From positions 1-64,000 of the IMG/VR virus record IMGVR_UViG_3300033068_001610: 64,000 nt of DNA; one strand, given 5' to 3'. Position 1 is the first letter of the stretch; the number at the start of each line of letters is the position of its first letter. A program made the translations under genes and the position numbers. Below the pieces are notes generated by a model. It was not told where the DNA came from and made no database searches. It saw only the letters and a program-made list of their open reading frames with translations. This stretch comes from a virus. Its lineage: Duplodnaviria > Heunggongvirae > Uroviricota > Caudoviricetes. Positions 15,257-25,351 of the stretch are shown here, piece by piece.

Positions 15257-17281
15257 ATGAAATTACTTCACGTAGACTATAAAGATTGGTTTATAAACCA
15301 AAAAAGAATTCCTGATGAGAGTTCAGAGGAGTATAAATCCTTCTTTAATTTTCATAAGGAAATTTGCATTAATGGATGTATGATGGATGATGTTTACATT
15401 AATCCATTTCTTTATTGGCATTTAAACTTCTGGAATACTGAGGTGGATATTATAGATGATTATGGGAGAATTAATCAAAAGTATGCTAACCCTTTGCTTA
15501 GAGATAATGAATGGTTGGTTACTAATGAAATAGATAGGGCACATAAAGAAAAGAAAGGGCTTGTTATTCTTGGGATTAGACGTTTTGCCAAGTCAGTGAT
15601 AGAAGCTAGTTATATTGGACAAGGAGCTACATTTGATGAAAACTCACAGAATGTTATTGCAGGATTGAATAGTCCTGATATTAAATTAATTACAGATAAG
15701 ATTGACAAGGGATTAAACTTCCTTCCTAAAGCATGGAGATGGCAAAGAGTTGAAGACAACTGGAAAAGTCAAGTGACATTAGGAATTAAAACCAAGGCAG
15801 GAGAGAGAATCCCATTCTCTCAGATTCTTATACGTAACTTAGATGGGGGTGCCAATGAAGAAGCTATTGCAGGTACCAAACCTAGAAGGTTGATTATTGA
15901 CGAAATTGGTAAAGGAAGTTTTATTAGAGGACTTCAAGCTGCTATTCCTGGATTTACAACACCATATGGTTGGGGATGTTCTCCAATCTTGACAGGAACT
16001 GGTGGTGACATGAAAATGTTCATGGATGCCAAGAGTCTTATGTTTGATGTAGAGAATTTTAACTTCCTTGAATATCAAAATGCAAAAGATGAGAAAAGAA
16101 TACATGGATTATTCATCTCTCATAAATATAGAATGGAAGCCAAAGAGGAATCTTCTCTAGGAGCTTTCCTTGAAAAACCTGAAGGTTCTTCTCTTTACCA
16201 GATTCCAATGTTGGTTGGAAATGAAGAACTTGCCACAGAAATCACAAATGGAAATTTAGAAAGGCTTAAAAAAGCAGGAGATAGAGTTGCCTATTTAAAA
16301 GAGAAAATGTATTATCCACAAGAGGTGGATGATATTTTCTTGAATGAAGATACAAACATATTTGATATAGAAGGAGCTAAACGTCAGAAAGCCAGATTGT
16401 TAGCAGCTGAAAGAACAGGGACTCCTGTTATTTTATATGATGATGGTGATGGTGTTAAACACCAGTTTACAGACAAACTACCAATATCAAATTTTCCATT
16501 AAAAGCTATTGACAACAAAGAAGCACCAGTAGTAATATATGAGTTTCCAATGGAAGCTCCACCATGGGGACTTTATGTTGCAGGGATTGACCCTTATAGA
16601 CAAGGTAAATCTGCATATAGTTCTTCCTTGGGATCTGTATACATTTATAAAAGAATGCACAGTATTACAGGAGAGAAATACCAAGATATGTTTGTGGCAA
16701 GTTATTGTGCAAGACCAGATAAAAAAGAAACATGGGAAGAACAAGCAAGATATCTTATCAAATATTACAACGCAAGAGCTCTCTGCGAAAATGATGAGAT
16801 TTCGTTCATCGACTACATGATATCAAAAGGAGATGCTCATTATCTCGAGCGTCAACCAGATTGGTTAAAAGAAATTGTTCCAAACACCACAGTAAGAAGG
16901 GATTATGGAATCCACAGGTCATCTGACAAGATTAGGGATTTCTTACATGGCTGTCTGAAGAAGTATACAGAGGAAGTTTTACTAGTGGACAAAGATGATA
17001 ATGGTGAAGTTATACAACAGACTAAAGGAATGGTGAAGATATTTGATCCTGTTCTATTAGAGGAGATGATACAATATAATGAACTAGGTAACTTTGACAG
17101 GATTATAGCAGCTGAACTTGCTATAGCATTAGCTATGAAGATGGATCCTATAATGGGTAAGATTGGAGCTAAAGATGATATTAGGTTAACAGCAATGCAT
17201 AAGAAAAGTAAAAACAAACTCTTCACAGAATCTAGAGGAATGTTTAATAATAAACAAACAAGAAATAAATTATTTACATAA
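15257..17281 (+). CDS. terL: terminase large subunit
   Basis: Deviant Walker A LGIRRFAKSVIE, Walker B RRLIIDEIG. C-terminal nuclease-like region with conserved acidic residues (VAGIDPYRQGKSAYSS...). 674 aa. Confidence 0.85.
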   Translation: MKLLHVDYKDWFINQKRIPDESSEEYKSFFNFHKEICINGCMMDDVYINPFLYWHLNFWNTEVDIIDDYGRINQKYANPLLRDNEWLVTNEIDRAHKEKKGLVILGIRRFAKSVIEASYIGQGATFDENSQNVIAGLNSPDIKLITDKIDKGLNFLPKAWRWQRVEDNWKSQVTLGIKTKAGERIPFSQILIRNLDGGANEEAIAGTKPRRLIIDEIGKGSFIRGLQAAIPGFTTPYGWGCSPILTGTGGDMKMFMDAKSLMFDVENFNFLEYQNAKDEKRIHGLFISHKYRMEAKEESSLGAFLEKPEGSSLYQIPMLVGNEELATEITNGNLERLKKAGDRVAYLKEKMYYPQEVDDIFLNEDTNIFDIEGAKRQKARLLAAERTGTPVILYDDGDGVKHQFTDKLPISNFPLKAIDNKEAPVVIYEFPMEAPPWGLYVAGIDPYRQGKSAYSSSLGSVYIYKRMHSITGEKYQDMFVASYCARPDKKETWEEQARYLIKYYNARALCENDEISFIDYMISKGDAHYLERQPDWLKEIVPNTTVRRDYGIHRSSDKIRDFLHGCLKKYTEEVLLVDKDDNGEVIQQTKGMVKIFDPVLLEEMIQYNELGNFDRIIAAELAIALAMKMDPIMGKIGAKDDIRLTAMHKKSKNKLFTESRGMFNNKQTRNKLFT

Positions 17282-19872
17282 TGGCAATAATTAGATACAC
17301 CAAAGATGCAACGATACGTTATGCATACTTAAACATCTTCCCAGATCAATTTAAAACTGAGAAGGAAAAAGAAGATGAAAGTTGGATTAAGAATACCATG
17401 GATTATTTTGCAAACAAAGCCTATGCTGAGTATATCAAGAATAGAGATACGTTTGTAAAAAATTATGATTTGATGAAAGGTATTCTTCGTATGGAAGATT
17501 TCTATCAAGATCCTGAGGTAAAGAGTTTTACAGATATTTTGACGCAAGACATTGCGTTGCCAGCCCACGTTCAGATGTATTCAATTTTGACAACTCCAGT
17601 AAATGAATTGGTGGGTGAAGTTTCAAAACGTCCAGACATGGTAAAGGTCAAAGCTTTCGATGACGATTCAAAAGCAGCAGAGTTGGAATTTAAAACTGAA
17701 ACTTTACAAAATTTTATTACAGAACAAGCTCGTAAAAAAATCATTGAAAAAGCTGCAATGCAGGGACAAGAAATTCCTGATGAACAGCTTAATGAGATGA
17801 CAATGGAACAAGTTCAAGAAGAATTGGATAGTTACACTTCCATTGCAGAAAAATGGGCCAATCATACTCTTATATGTGCTAAAGTTGAATTCAATTTAAA
17901 AGAACAAGGAGAAGATGCCTTCAGGGATTTATGTATTTCAAATAGAGAGTATTATCATTTATATGAAGACAATTCTAAAGTGGGATATAACGTGGAAGTG
18001 GCCAATCCAAAAAACACTTGGTTTTTAGGAACTCCAGATAGAAAGTATATTTCTGATCCTAGTGGAAGAGCTAGAGGAGCCTATGCTGCTGGTACTGTGC
18101 ACGTTATGGAACTTTCAGAGATTATAGAAAGTATTCCAGATATTACTAAAGAAGAAATAGATCACTTAAGAAGTTCATTACAAGATTATGGTTTGATTAA
18201 TGTTAGAGAATCTAACTTAGGAAACCCAAATGTTCCTGAAGGACAAGAGTCTATTCAATATGATACATATGATCCAGCTGTTCTACAAACAAGAATGATG
18301 ATTGAATCAGAAATGAAAGAAAATAATGATGGATTACAAGACTTTCTTGGTCTTACATCTAATGTTTCTTCCTTTGGATACAAATATGTAGTAGTAAGAG
18401 CCTATTGGATTTCTAAAGTTAAGATAGGCAAAGTTATTTATTTGGATGATATGGGTAATCAACAATCAGTTATTGTGGATGAGACATATAAAGCTAAAAC
18501 TATTCCTACAGAACAATCAGTAGAATGGGGATGGATTAATAGATGGTATCAAGGAATTAAAATTGGTCCAGATATTTATCATGTTAAACCTTACAAATTA
18601 TTAAGTTATTGTCCTATTATAGGAATGGTTCATGAAATCAAAAATACTGAATCAAAATCTTTGGTAGATCTCATGAAACCTTTTCAAGCAATTTATAATG
18701 TTTGTATGAACCAATTGTGGAAACTTCTTGAAAAAGAAGTGGGAAAAGTACAATTGATGTCATTAAGACATATTCCTATTCCTAAAGATGGTGATGCCCA
18801 AGATGCTCTTGATATCTGGGAAATGGAAGCACGTAATAGGGGGGTTGTATTTATTGATGATAGTCCTGAGAATTTAAAATCTCCTAGTTCTTTCAATCAA
18901 TTTACAGCTCTTGATTTAACAAGAACTCAAGAAATACAATCTCGTTATACATTGGCTCAACAAATTAAAGCAGAATGTTGGGAACTTATTGGTATGTCAA
19001 AACAAAGAATGGGAGATGTATCTGCCAGTGAATCAGCTACAGGTACTAACACAGCAATGCAAATGTCATATTCTCAAACAGAGCCAATGTTTGTTGCTCA
19101 TGAATATGTTCAATTACAATTGTATCAAGCTATAATTGATGCTGCTCTTTATATTGAGAGTAGTAAACCTGAATCTACACAGTCATACGTTAATTCTGAG
19201 GGAACATCTGCATTTGTACAAGTGAATGGGTCAGAATTAAAATTTCGTGATTTAAAAGTCTTCCCTACAAATCGTCCTGAAGATACTAAAATGTTTGAAG
19301 ATCTTAAAGCTCTTGCTCAACCATTGATGCAAAATGGTGGATCTATTTATGATGTTGTTGAATTGTATAGTACTAAGTCTCTTAGGGAAATGAAAAAAAC
19401 ATTTAAAGAACAAAGAGATGAACAAAGAGCACAACTACAAAAAGATTATGAGTTGAAACAACAACAACTTGAGCAACAACAAAAACAATCTGAAGCTGCT
19501 CTTGCACAAGCATTACAAATACATCAAGCAGATCAAGCTCATGAAGATTATCAAAATGAACTTGATAGAATTAATAGACTTGAGATTGCAAATATTAATG
19601 CTTTAGGTAGAAATGAAAATGCTACAGCAGATACAGATAACTCTGGTATTTCTGATGCATTAGAAATGACAAACCTTTCTATGCAACAAAATAAAGCTAA
19701 ACAAGATTATAATGCCAAGTTAATGGATATACAATCTAAAAACTATCAAGCTGTTCAAAAATTAAAAGTTGAACAAGAAAAAATACAACTTGGTAGAGAT
19801 AATATGGCTAATGATCTTGCGATAGCAAAGGAAAACGCTAAAGGAAGAAATAAGACTAACAAAAAAGGTTAA
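17281..19872 (+). CDS. putative portal protein
   Basis: 863 aa, directly after TerL and coupled to it (ATAATGG). Q/E-rich coiled-coil C-terminus. Size fits crAss-like portals. Confidence 0.55.
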   Translation: MAIIRYTKDATIRYAYLNIFPDQFKTEKEKEDESWIKNTMDYFANKAYAEYIKNRDTFVKNYDLMKGILRMEDFYQDPEVKSFTDILTQDIALPAHVQMYSILTTPVNELVGEVSKRPDMVKVKAFDDDSKAAELEFKTETLQNFITEQARKKIIEKAAMQGQEIPDEQLNEMTMEQVQEELDSYTSIAEKWANHTLICAKVEFNLKEQGEDAFRDLCISNREYYHLYEDNSKVGYNVEVANPKNTWFLGTPDRKYISDPSGRARGAYAAGTVHVMELSEIIESIPDITKEEIDHLRSSLQDYGLINVRESNLGNPNVPEGQESIQYDTYDPAVLQTRMMIESEMKENNDGLQDFLGLTSNVSSFGYKYVVVRAYWISKVKIGKVIYLDDMGNQQSVIVDETYKAKTIPTEQSVEWGWINRWYQGIKIGPDIYHVKPYKLLSYCPIIGMVHEIKNTESKSLVDLMKPFQAIYNVCMNQLWKLLEKEVGKVQLMSLRHIPIPKDGDAQDALDIWEMEARNRGVVFIDDSPENLKSPSSFNQFTALDLTRTQEIQSRYTLAQQIKAECWELIGMSKQRMGDVSASESATGTNTAMQMSYSQTEPMFVAHEYVQLQLYQAIIDAALYIESSKPESTQSYVNSEGTSAFVQVNGSELKFRDLKVFPTNRPEDTKMFEDLKALAQPLMQNGGSIYDVVELYSTKSLREMKKTFKEQRDEQRAQLQKDYELKQQQLEQQQKQSEAALAQALQIHQADQAHEDYQNELDRINRLEIANINALGRNENATADTDNSGISDALEMTNLSMQQNKAKQDYNAKLMDIQSKNYQAVQKLKVEQEKIQLGRDNMANDLAIAKENAKGRNKTNKKG

Positions 19873-19878
19873 TAAATA

Positions 19879-19896
19879 AGTCCTCCTAGGAGGACT
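19879..19896 (+). other. perfect 18-nt palindrome AGTCCTCCTAGGAGGACT followed by A6
   Basis: Lies 6 nt after the portal stop codon. Confidence 0.5.
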
Positions 19897-20014
19897 AAAA
19901 AATATTAATGCTATATTATTTACAAAATCAAATCAATTAGAACATTAAAGCTTTGATAATTCAAACTCTTGTTATAATTTTACAGTAATAAAACCAACAT
20001 AAATACAACTACAT

Positions 20015-21256
20015 ATGGCTAATGAATTAGATTCAATAGGAAACTTTAGTATTCAAGATACTATAGAAATGGGAATGGGCAATCCACAATTGATAAATGA
20101 TCTATTTACTGATGAAGCATCTGCATCACCAGAAAGTATTACTCCTATTATTAAAGATGCTGATCCTCCTACACCTCCAGCTAAACCAGCTGTACCAGCA
20201 GGTAAAGAAATTGTACCACCAAAGAATGTTGATGGTTTAACAGATGATGAAAAGACTGATGGTCAATCACTTATATCAAACTTCTTAGGGGACAACACTG
20301 ATGAAGATGATGAGGATGACATTATTATTCCTAAAACAACTACAACAAATACTACTGTAGATGAAGGTGGAAATGAAGAACCAACTGAATTTACAGCATT
20401 ATCAAATGACTTATTCAAACTTGGTGTTTTTACTAAGGATGAAGATGAAGGAGATGTTGTAATCAAGTCACCTCAAGATTTCTTGGAAAGATTTCAAAAT
20501 GAAAAGAAAAAAGGTGCTATTGAAATTGTAGATAATTTTATAGGACAGTTTGGTGAAGATTACCAGGAAGCGTTCGATGCCATATTTGTAAAAGGAGTTA
20601 ATCCAAAAGATTACTTCACTGTATATAATAATGTTGTTTCATTTGCAGAACTAGATTTAACTAATGAATCTAATCAAGAAAAGGTTGTTAGACAAGCTTT
20701 ATTAGATCAAGGATTTGAACCTGAAGATGTAGATACAGAAATAGAAAGATTTAAAAATTATGGCGATCTAGAAACAGTAGCCACAAAACATCACAAAGTT
20801 TTAGTTAAGAAGGAAGCTTCTAAACTACAAGCAATGGAACAAAAAGCTGAACAAGATTTACAGGCAAAAGCTGCACAAAAAAACAATTATGTAGCCAATG
20901 TACAAAACATTATTCAGGATAAATTAAAATTAAAAGAGTTTGATGGTATTCCTATCAATCCAAAATTAGCAGGTGAACTACAAGACTTCTTAATAGTAGA
21001 TAAGTGGAAAACTCCATCTGGAGAAAATCTTACAGATTTTGACAGAGCTATTTTAGATATGAAGAGACCAGAAAATCATGAGATGAAAGTAAAGGTTGCT
21101 TTGTTGTTAAAAATTTTAGAGAAAGATCCAACACTATCAACTATTCAAAAGACAGGCTTGACAAAAAAATCTGATCAATTGTTTGGTGAAGTTGCAAGAC
21201 AAGTAACTAAACAAAAATCAGCAACAGCCCCTGCTAAATCAACATCGTGGTTTTAA
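20015..21256 (+). CDS. acidic coiled-coil protein, putative scaffolding protein
   Basis: 413 aa; D/E-rich N-terminal half, coiled-coil C-terminal half. Sits between the portal and the capsid-like gene. Confidence 0.4.
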   Translation: MANELDSIGNFSIQDTIEMGMGNPQLINDLFTDEASASPESITPIIKDADPPTPPAKPAVPAGKEIVPPKNVDGLTDDEKTDGQSLISNFLGDNTDEDDEDDIIIPKTTTTNTTVDEGGNEEPTEFTALSNDLFKLGVFTKDEDEGDVVIKSPQDFLERFQNEKKKGAIEIVDNFIGQFGEDYQEAFDAIFVKGVNPKDYFTVYNNVVSFAELDLTNESNQEKVVRQALLDQGFEPEDVDTEIERFKNYGDLETVATKHHKVLVKKEASKLQAMEQKAEQDLQAKAAQKNNYVANVQNIIQDKLKLKEFDGIPINPKLAGELQDFLIVDKWKTPSGENLTDFDRAILDMKRPENHEMKVKVALLLKILEKDPTLSTIQKTGLTKKSDQLFGEVARQVTKQKSATAPAKSTSWF

Positions 21257-21292
21257 CAACAATAAATAATTAACAACAAAAACTTATAAACA

Positions 21293-22858
21293 ATGGCAAT
21301 TCAAACAATTCCTGGGTTAACAGGCTTTAGTTACGCTCGTGTATCCTCTATGGACAAACGAGCAGTAGGTAAGCTTACAGACTCAAATCACTTGGAGTCT
21401 TTTCACTCCACAGAACCTGCTGACTATGATAAGAAAATCATAAGTCTCTACACGCAGAGCACATTGTATAGTAATGACTTCTTGGACATGATTAACAAGA
21501 GTACACCTTATTACATTGATAATAATAGTGATGCTTGGAAATGGCAAGTTGCAGTACCATACAAATTCCCAAAAATTATTGATATTCCTACCTTTACAAC
21601 AGACATCTTAGCAGGTACTGGTAAAGTTGGTATTGATGGTCAAGAGTTTCAAGCAGTATTGGATACTAATGAATTCTCTAAAAATGCTATCATATCTGTT
21701 GGGTCTCGTCAATATGGTCCTCGCTGGTATGTAGTTAAAGATCCACTTCCATGGAATATGGGTTATCTTTACACATTTACTTTAGTTACAGACAATCCAA
21801 CTATTGATTTTGTTTCCTCTACCTTTTTACAAATTGGTATTGAATTAGAATTGGTTGATGCTGCAATTGGAGAGTTTGATCAAGACTTATTGGGTCTTCC
21901 TAGATTGGGTGAACAAATCACTATGTTTGAATCTTTGGGTTCTGGATATGGATATGAGCACAAAATCACAGAATGGGCTGATGACAAAACAATGAAAGAT
22001 GCTTCTGGATCTCCTTTGGATATTTTGGTGTATGCTCCTCAAAGACGTGGTCAACTTCCTTTAACTCGTAATGATGTTAAATGGGAACCATTTATTGAAT
22101 TCTGGATGCGTAAATCTATGATTGAGCTGAAAGTTAAAAAAATGATTTGGGGTAGACCAGGTACAGTGAAAACTAATGGTTCTAAACAAGAAGTTAAACG
22201 TACTTCTGCAGGTGTATACCATAGAATGCGTGTTAATGGAAACACAGTACAATATAATCGTGGTGAATTCTCTGCTAACTTGATTCGTTCAGTATTTGGA
22301 GATTTATTCTACAGAAGAGTGGATGTAAAAGATAGACATGTAAAAATGTATACCAATGAATCTGGCTTTGATGTATTCCAACAAGCTTTGAAAAATGATG
22401 CACTTAATAGTGGATTAACATTCATGGCAGATTCTGGAAACAGATTTATGCAAGGTGAAGGACAACACATTACTTATAACTTTGCATTTGATGCAATGGT
22501 TACTAGAGAAACTGGACGTGTTGAACTTATCCACTTGAAAGAACTAGACTTACCACAATCTAACCTAGAGTTTGGACAAAACAAAAAATCTACTCCTGTA
22601 TTTATGGTGTTTGATGTTTCTCCAATGTCTGATGGTTCAATGTTGAATAACATTCGTGAGGTAAGAATGAAAGGTGCTCCTTCTATGACTTGGGGGTATA
22701 TCGATGGTACTCGTCATCACTTAGGTTTTGCTAAATCTCAAGGTATGAGTTCAGCAAACAAATTCCCTGGATATGAAATCTGGATGAAAGATAGATGTGA
22801 TGTCTTTGTAGAAGATTTGTCAAGAACTGTGTTGATCGAGGAAATCCCACAATTCTAA
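21293..22858 (+). CDS. putative major capsid protein
   Basis: 521 aa. Elevated GC and codon bias relative to neighbours (high-expression signature). Position after portal/scaffold; followed by hairpin plus U-tract. Confidence 0.45.
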   Translation: MAIQTIPGLTGFSYARVSSMDKRAVGKLTDSNHLESFHSTEPADYDKKIISLYTQSTLYSNDFLDMINKSTPYYIDNNSDAWKWQVAVPYKFPKIIDIPTFTTDILAGTGKVGIDGQEFQAVLDTNEFSKNAIISVGSRQYGPRWYVVKDPLPWNMGYLYTFTLVTDNPTIDFVSSTFLQIGIELELVDAAIGEFDQDLLGLPRLGEQITMFESLGSGYGYEHKITEWADDKTMKDASGSPLDILVYAPQRRGQLPLTRNDVKWEPFIEFWMRKSMIELKVKKMIWGRPGTVKTNGSKQEVKRTSAGVYHRMRVNGNTVQYNRGEFSANLIRSVFGDLFYRRVDVKDRHVKMYTNESGFDVFQQALKNDALNSGLTFMADSGNRFMQGEGQHITYNFAFDAMVTRETGRVELIHLKELDLPQSNLEFGQNKKSTPVFMVFDVSPMSDGSMLNNIREVRMKGAPSMTWGYIDGTRHHLGFAKSQGMSSANKFPGYEIWMKDRCDVFVEDLSRTVLIEEIPQF

Positions 22859-22867
22859 AAATAACAG

Positions 22868-22915
22868 TAGTTGTTAAGCCTCTCGAAGAAGCTCACTAGA
22901 ACAACTCATTTTTCT
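22868..22915 (+). terminator. stem-loop (AGTTGTT ... AACAACT) + TTTTTC
   Basis: 7-bp inverted repeat 22869-22875/22900-22906, followed by a T-run at 22909-22914, just after the capsid-like gene. Confidence 0.4.
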
Positions 22916-23028
22916 GAGAAAGATCCCCTCAACTCCTCTCCCTCCTAGAGGGGATTGATCTCAAAGCAGAGTGTTTGATATGGATAGTATCCATGATCTA
23001 GTTCCTTCGGTGGAACCACTCTACAAAT

Positions 23029-23101
23029 TGCGTGGTAGAGCAGTTGGTAGCTCGTGAGACTCATAATCTCAAGGCCATGGGTTCGAGTCCCATTCACGCT
23101 A
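23029..23101 (+). tRNA. tRNA with CAU anticodon (Met, or Ile2 if lysidine-modified)
   Basis: Cloverleaf read by eye: acceptor TGCGTGG/TCACGCT, U8, D-arm GAGC-AGTTGGTA-GCTC, anticodon arm TGAGA-CTCATAA-TCTCA, variable AGGCC, T-arm ATGGG-TTCGAGT-CCCAT, discriminator A. U1:U72 mismatch. Confidence 0.8.
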
Positions 23102-23134
23102 CTAAGTATTAAACCAATTATTAAACAACTACAT

Positions 23135-23584
23135 GTGAGTAAAAAAGAACAAATCCTAATCCTTATTAGTGAGGGAAAATCTGCAAAAGAAATTTCAACA
23201 CTTTTAAATTGTAATACAGCTTTGATTTATTATTACACTAATCATAATAAAAATTTGATTAAATATAAAGAAAAAAGAAAAGATGAATTATTTAAGAAAA
23301 GTCAACAATTAAGTACAAATAAAATTAAACTTAGAAATAGAAGAATAGTTTTAGAATATTTACAAGAACATCCTTGTATAGATTGTGGAAACACAGATAT
23401 TAGAGTACTAGAATTTGACCATGTAAGAGGAAATAAAATTGATTCTGTTTCTGTAGGTGTAAAAGATTCTTGGTCTGTTATTAAATTAATGAAAGAAATT
23501 GATAAATGTGAAATACGCTGTGCAAATTGTCATAAGATAGTTACAGATGAAAGAAGACAAATAAATAAAACCAATAATAACTAA
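23135..23584 (+). CDS. HNH homing endonuclease with N-terminal HTH
   Basis: HPCIDCGNTDIRVLEFDHVRGNKID...CEIRCANCHKIV is a classic HNH/zinc motif. N-terminal LISEGKSAKEISTLLNCNTALIYYY is HTH-like. No ATG before the domain, so a GTG start at 23135 is proposed; the listed ORF start 23054 runs through the tRNA. Confidence 0.7.
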   Translation: MSKKEQILILISEGKSAKEISTLLNCNTALIYYYTNHNKNLIKYKEKRKDELFKKSQQLSTNKIKLRNRRIVLEYLQEHPCIDCGNTDIRVLEFDHVRGNKIDSVSVGVKDSWSVIKLMKEIDKCEIRCANCHKIVTDERRQINKTNNN

Positions 23585-23595
23585 ATAATAATACA

Positions 23596-24561
23596 ATGGG
23601 TAAATTAGGTAAGATCTCAACTATTAAACGTGAGTACAATAGCTCTCAGTTGCAGACAATGGAAAGTGGACTTTCTCAACATGGATTAACAAGAGTTCCA
23701 GGTACTGGAGTTTTTAAATATCCTTACAAAGAACTTGATGGTAAATATAGAACAGGGTTAGACCCAAATGCTTCTTATATTCTACGTATTAAAGATCAGA
23801 CAGAAAGAGAACTAGAAATAGAAAGAGTAACCACTCTAAAAAACAAATTAGAAGCTGCTTTAGGTATTGATCTTGGTCCAAGATCTCCTTTCTGGAATTA
23901 TAGCTTATCAACATCAACTTCTGATGAACTTCATGTTCAACCAGTAAAATTAATGGATGGAGATAATTATTTTGATCTAACTGCTACTTTTCAAGAAATT
24001 GCTTTCTCTTGGTTAAGAGTACATCCTACTATAGCAAGTTCTTATCAAGCTTGGGAAAGAGGAGATTTTCCAGCAGATACACAATTTTATGTTGTTGATG
24101 ATGAAATTGAAAATGCAGTTATCTACAAGAAAAAACAATTGATAAACAAAGCTATCATTAAGTTTGATAGTATGTCACCTGACAAGAAAAAGAAAATTGC
24201 CAGACTCTTGGGTCTACCAGTAACAGAAGACACCAAAGAAGATGTTGTTTACAATCAAGTTGATAATTTGTTGAAACAAACTGAGTTTAAAAATGGTAAG
24301 CATGCAGGATTAAGTCCTATCGCTATTTTTAATTCTTTTGCTGAAATGAAAGAAAATTTACTCCATATTAAAGATATAGTAAAACAAGCTACAGCTCATT
24401 CAATTTATAGAATTAAACCTAATGGTAAAGTTTATGAAGGAGAATTTGAAATAGCAAAAGATGAAGAAGATTTAGTTAAATTCTTGGCTGATGATGATAA
24501 TCAAGATGAATTGTTAACATTAGAAGGAAAATTAAAAATGAAAAAACTAGCCTCTGTATAA
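23596..24561 (+). CDS. hypothetical virion-module protein
   Basis: 321-aa ORF. Confidence 0.45.
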   Translation: MGKLGKISTIKREYNSSQLQTMESGLSQHGLTRVPGTGVFKYPYKELDGKYRTGLDPNASYILRIKDQTERELEIERVTTLKNKLEAALGIDLGPRSPFWNYSLSTSTSDELHVQPVKLMDGDNYFDLTATFQEIAFSWLRVHPTIASSYQAWERGDFPADTQFYVVDDEIENAVIYKKKQLINKAIIKFDSMSPDKKKKIARLLGLPVTEDTKEDVVYNQVDNLLKQTEFKNGKHAGLSPIAIFNSFAEMKENLLHIKDIVKQATAHSIYRIKPNGKVYEGEFEIAKDEEDLVKFLADDDNQDELLTLEGKLKMKKLASV

Positions 24562-24587
24562 GAGGTTAGTTTTAAAAAATAAAGCTT

Positions 24588-25319
24588 ATGATACCAGTAG
24601 ATAGTTTATTGTACAAAATAGATCAAAAATTAAATAAGCTATCAACTAATGCACACCAACAAATTCAATTAGAGGATAAAATCTTAGCTTTAAATGAAGC
24701 ACAGATAAAGCTGATAAAACAAAAAGTTGATGGTATTAGTGTAGTGAGTGGAATGGGCATGGATGCTTTTAAAAAGAGATATGAAGATTTGCAAAGTCTT
24801 GTGGTTAATTATAATCATCAACCTTTAGATCTCAAGGAAACTGATCCATTAATAAATCAATGGTCTGCAAATATACACCAGCTTGATCCTGAGTATATGT
24901 TTTATGTAGATTCATACATCTTGGCTGATAAAGGAAGATGTAAAGCAAGAAAGATTTGGATAAATAAAGATCTTGCAAAACATGGTGATTTATCATTGTT
25001 GTTAAATAACAATCATTATAAACCAAGTTTTGAGTATCAAGAAACATTTAACTTTTTATCTTCTGATGAAATTAGTGTTTTTACTGATGGAACATTTACC
25101 CCTAGTAAAATACACATAATGTATATGAGATATCCAATTTATATTGATAAAGAAGGATATATCAAATTTGATGGAACAGAATCCAAAAATCAAGACTGTG
25201 AGCTTGAAACTTATCTAGAGGATGAATTACTAGATTTAACTGTTCAAAACCTGGCAATGTATATTGAAAATGTTTCAGCTGTACAGAATGCCCAATACAG
25301 AATTCAAACAAATGAATAA
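24588..25319 (+). CDS. hypothetical virion-module protein
   Basis: 243-aa ORF. Confidence 0.45.
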   Translation: MIPVDSLLYKIDQKLNKLSTNAHQQIQLEDKILALNEAQIKLIKQKVDGISVVSGMGMDAFKKRYEDLQSLVVNYNHQPLDLKETDPLINQWSANIHQLDPEYMFYVDSYILADKGRCKARKIWINKDLAKHGDLSLLLNNNHYKPSFEYQETFNFLSSDEISVFTDGTFTPSKIHIMYMRYPIYIDKEGYIKFDGTESKNQDCELETYLEDELLDLTVQNLAMYIENVSAVQNAQYRIQTNE

Positions 25320-25351
25320 TTTATATTAACAATTAAAACAAAAACAAAAAA

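Noticed and set aside
23054-23134. Annotated ORF start at 23054 (MRLIISRPWVRVPF...)
   Set aside because: This segment is the 3' half of the tRNA(CAU) gene and its trailer, translated in-frame by chance. The HNH gene more plausibly starts at GTG 23135.
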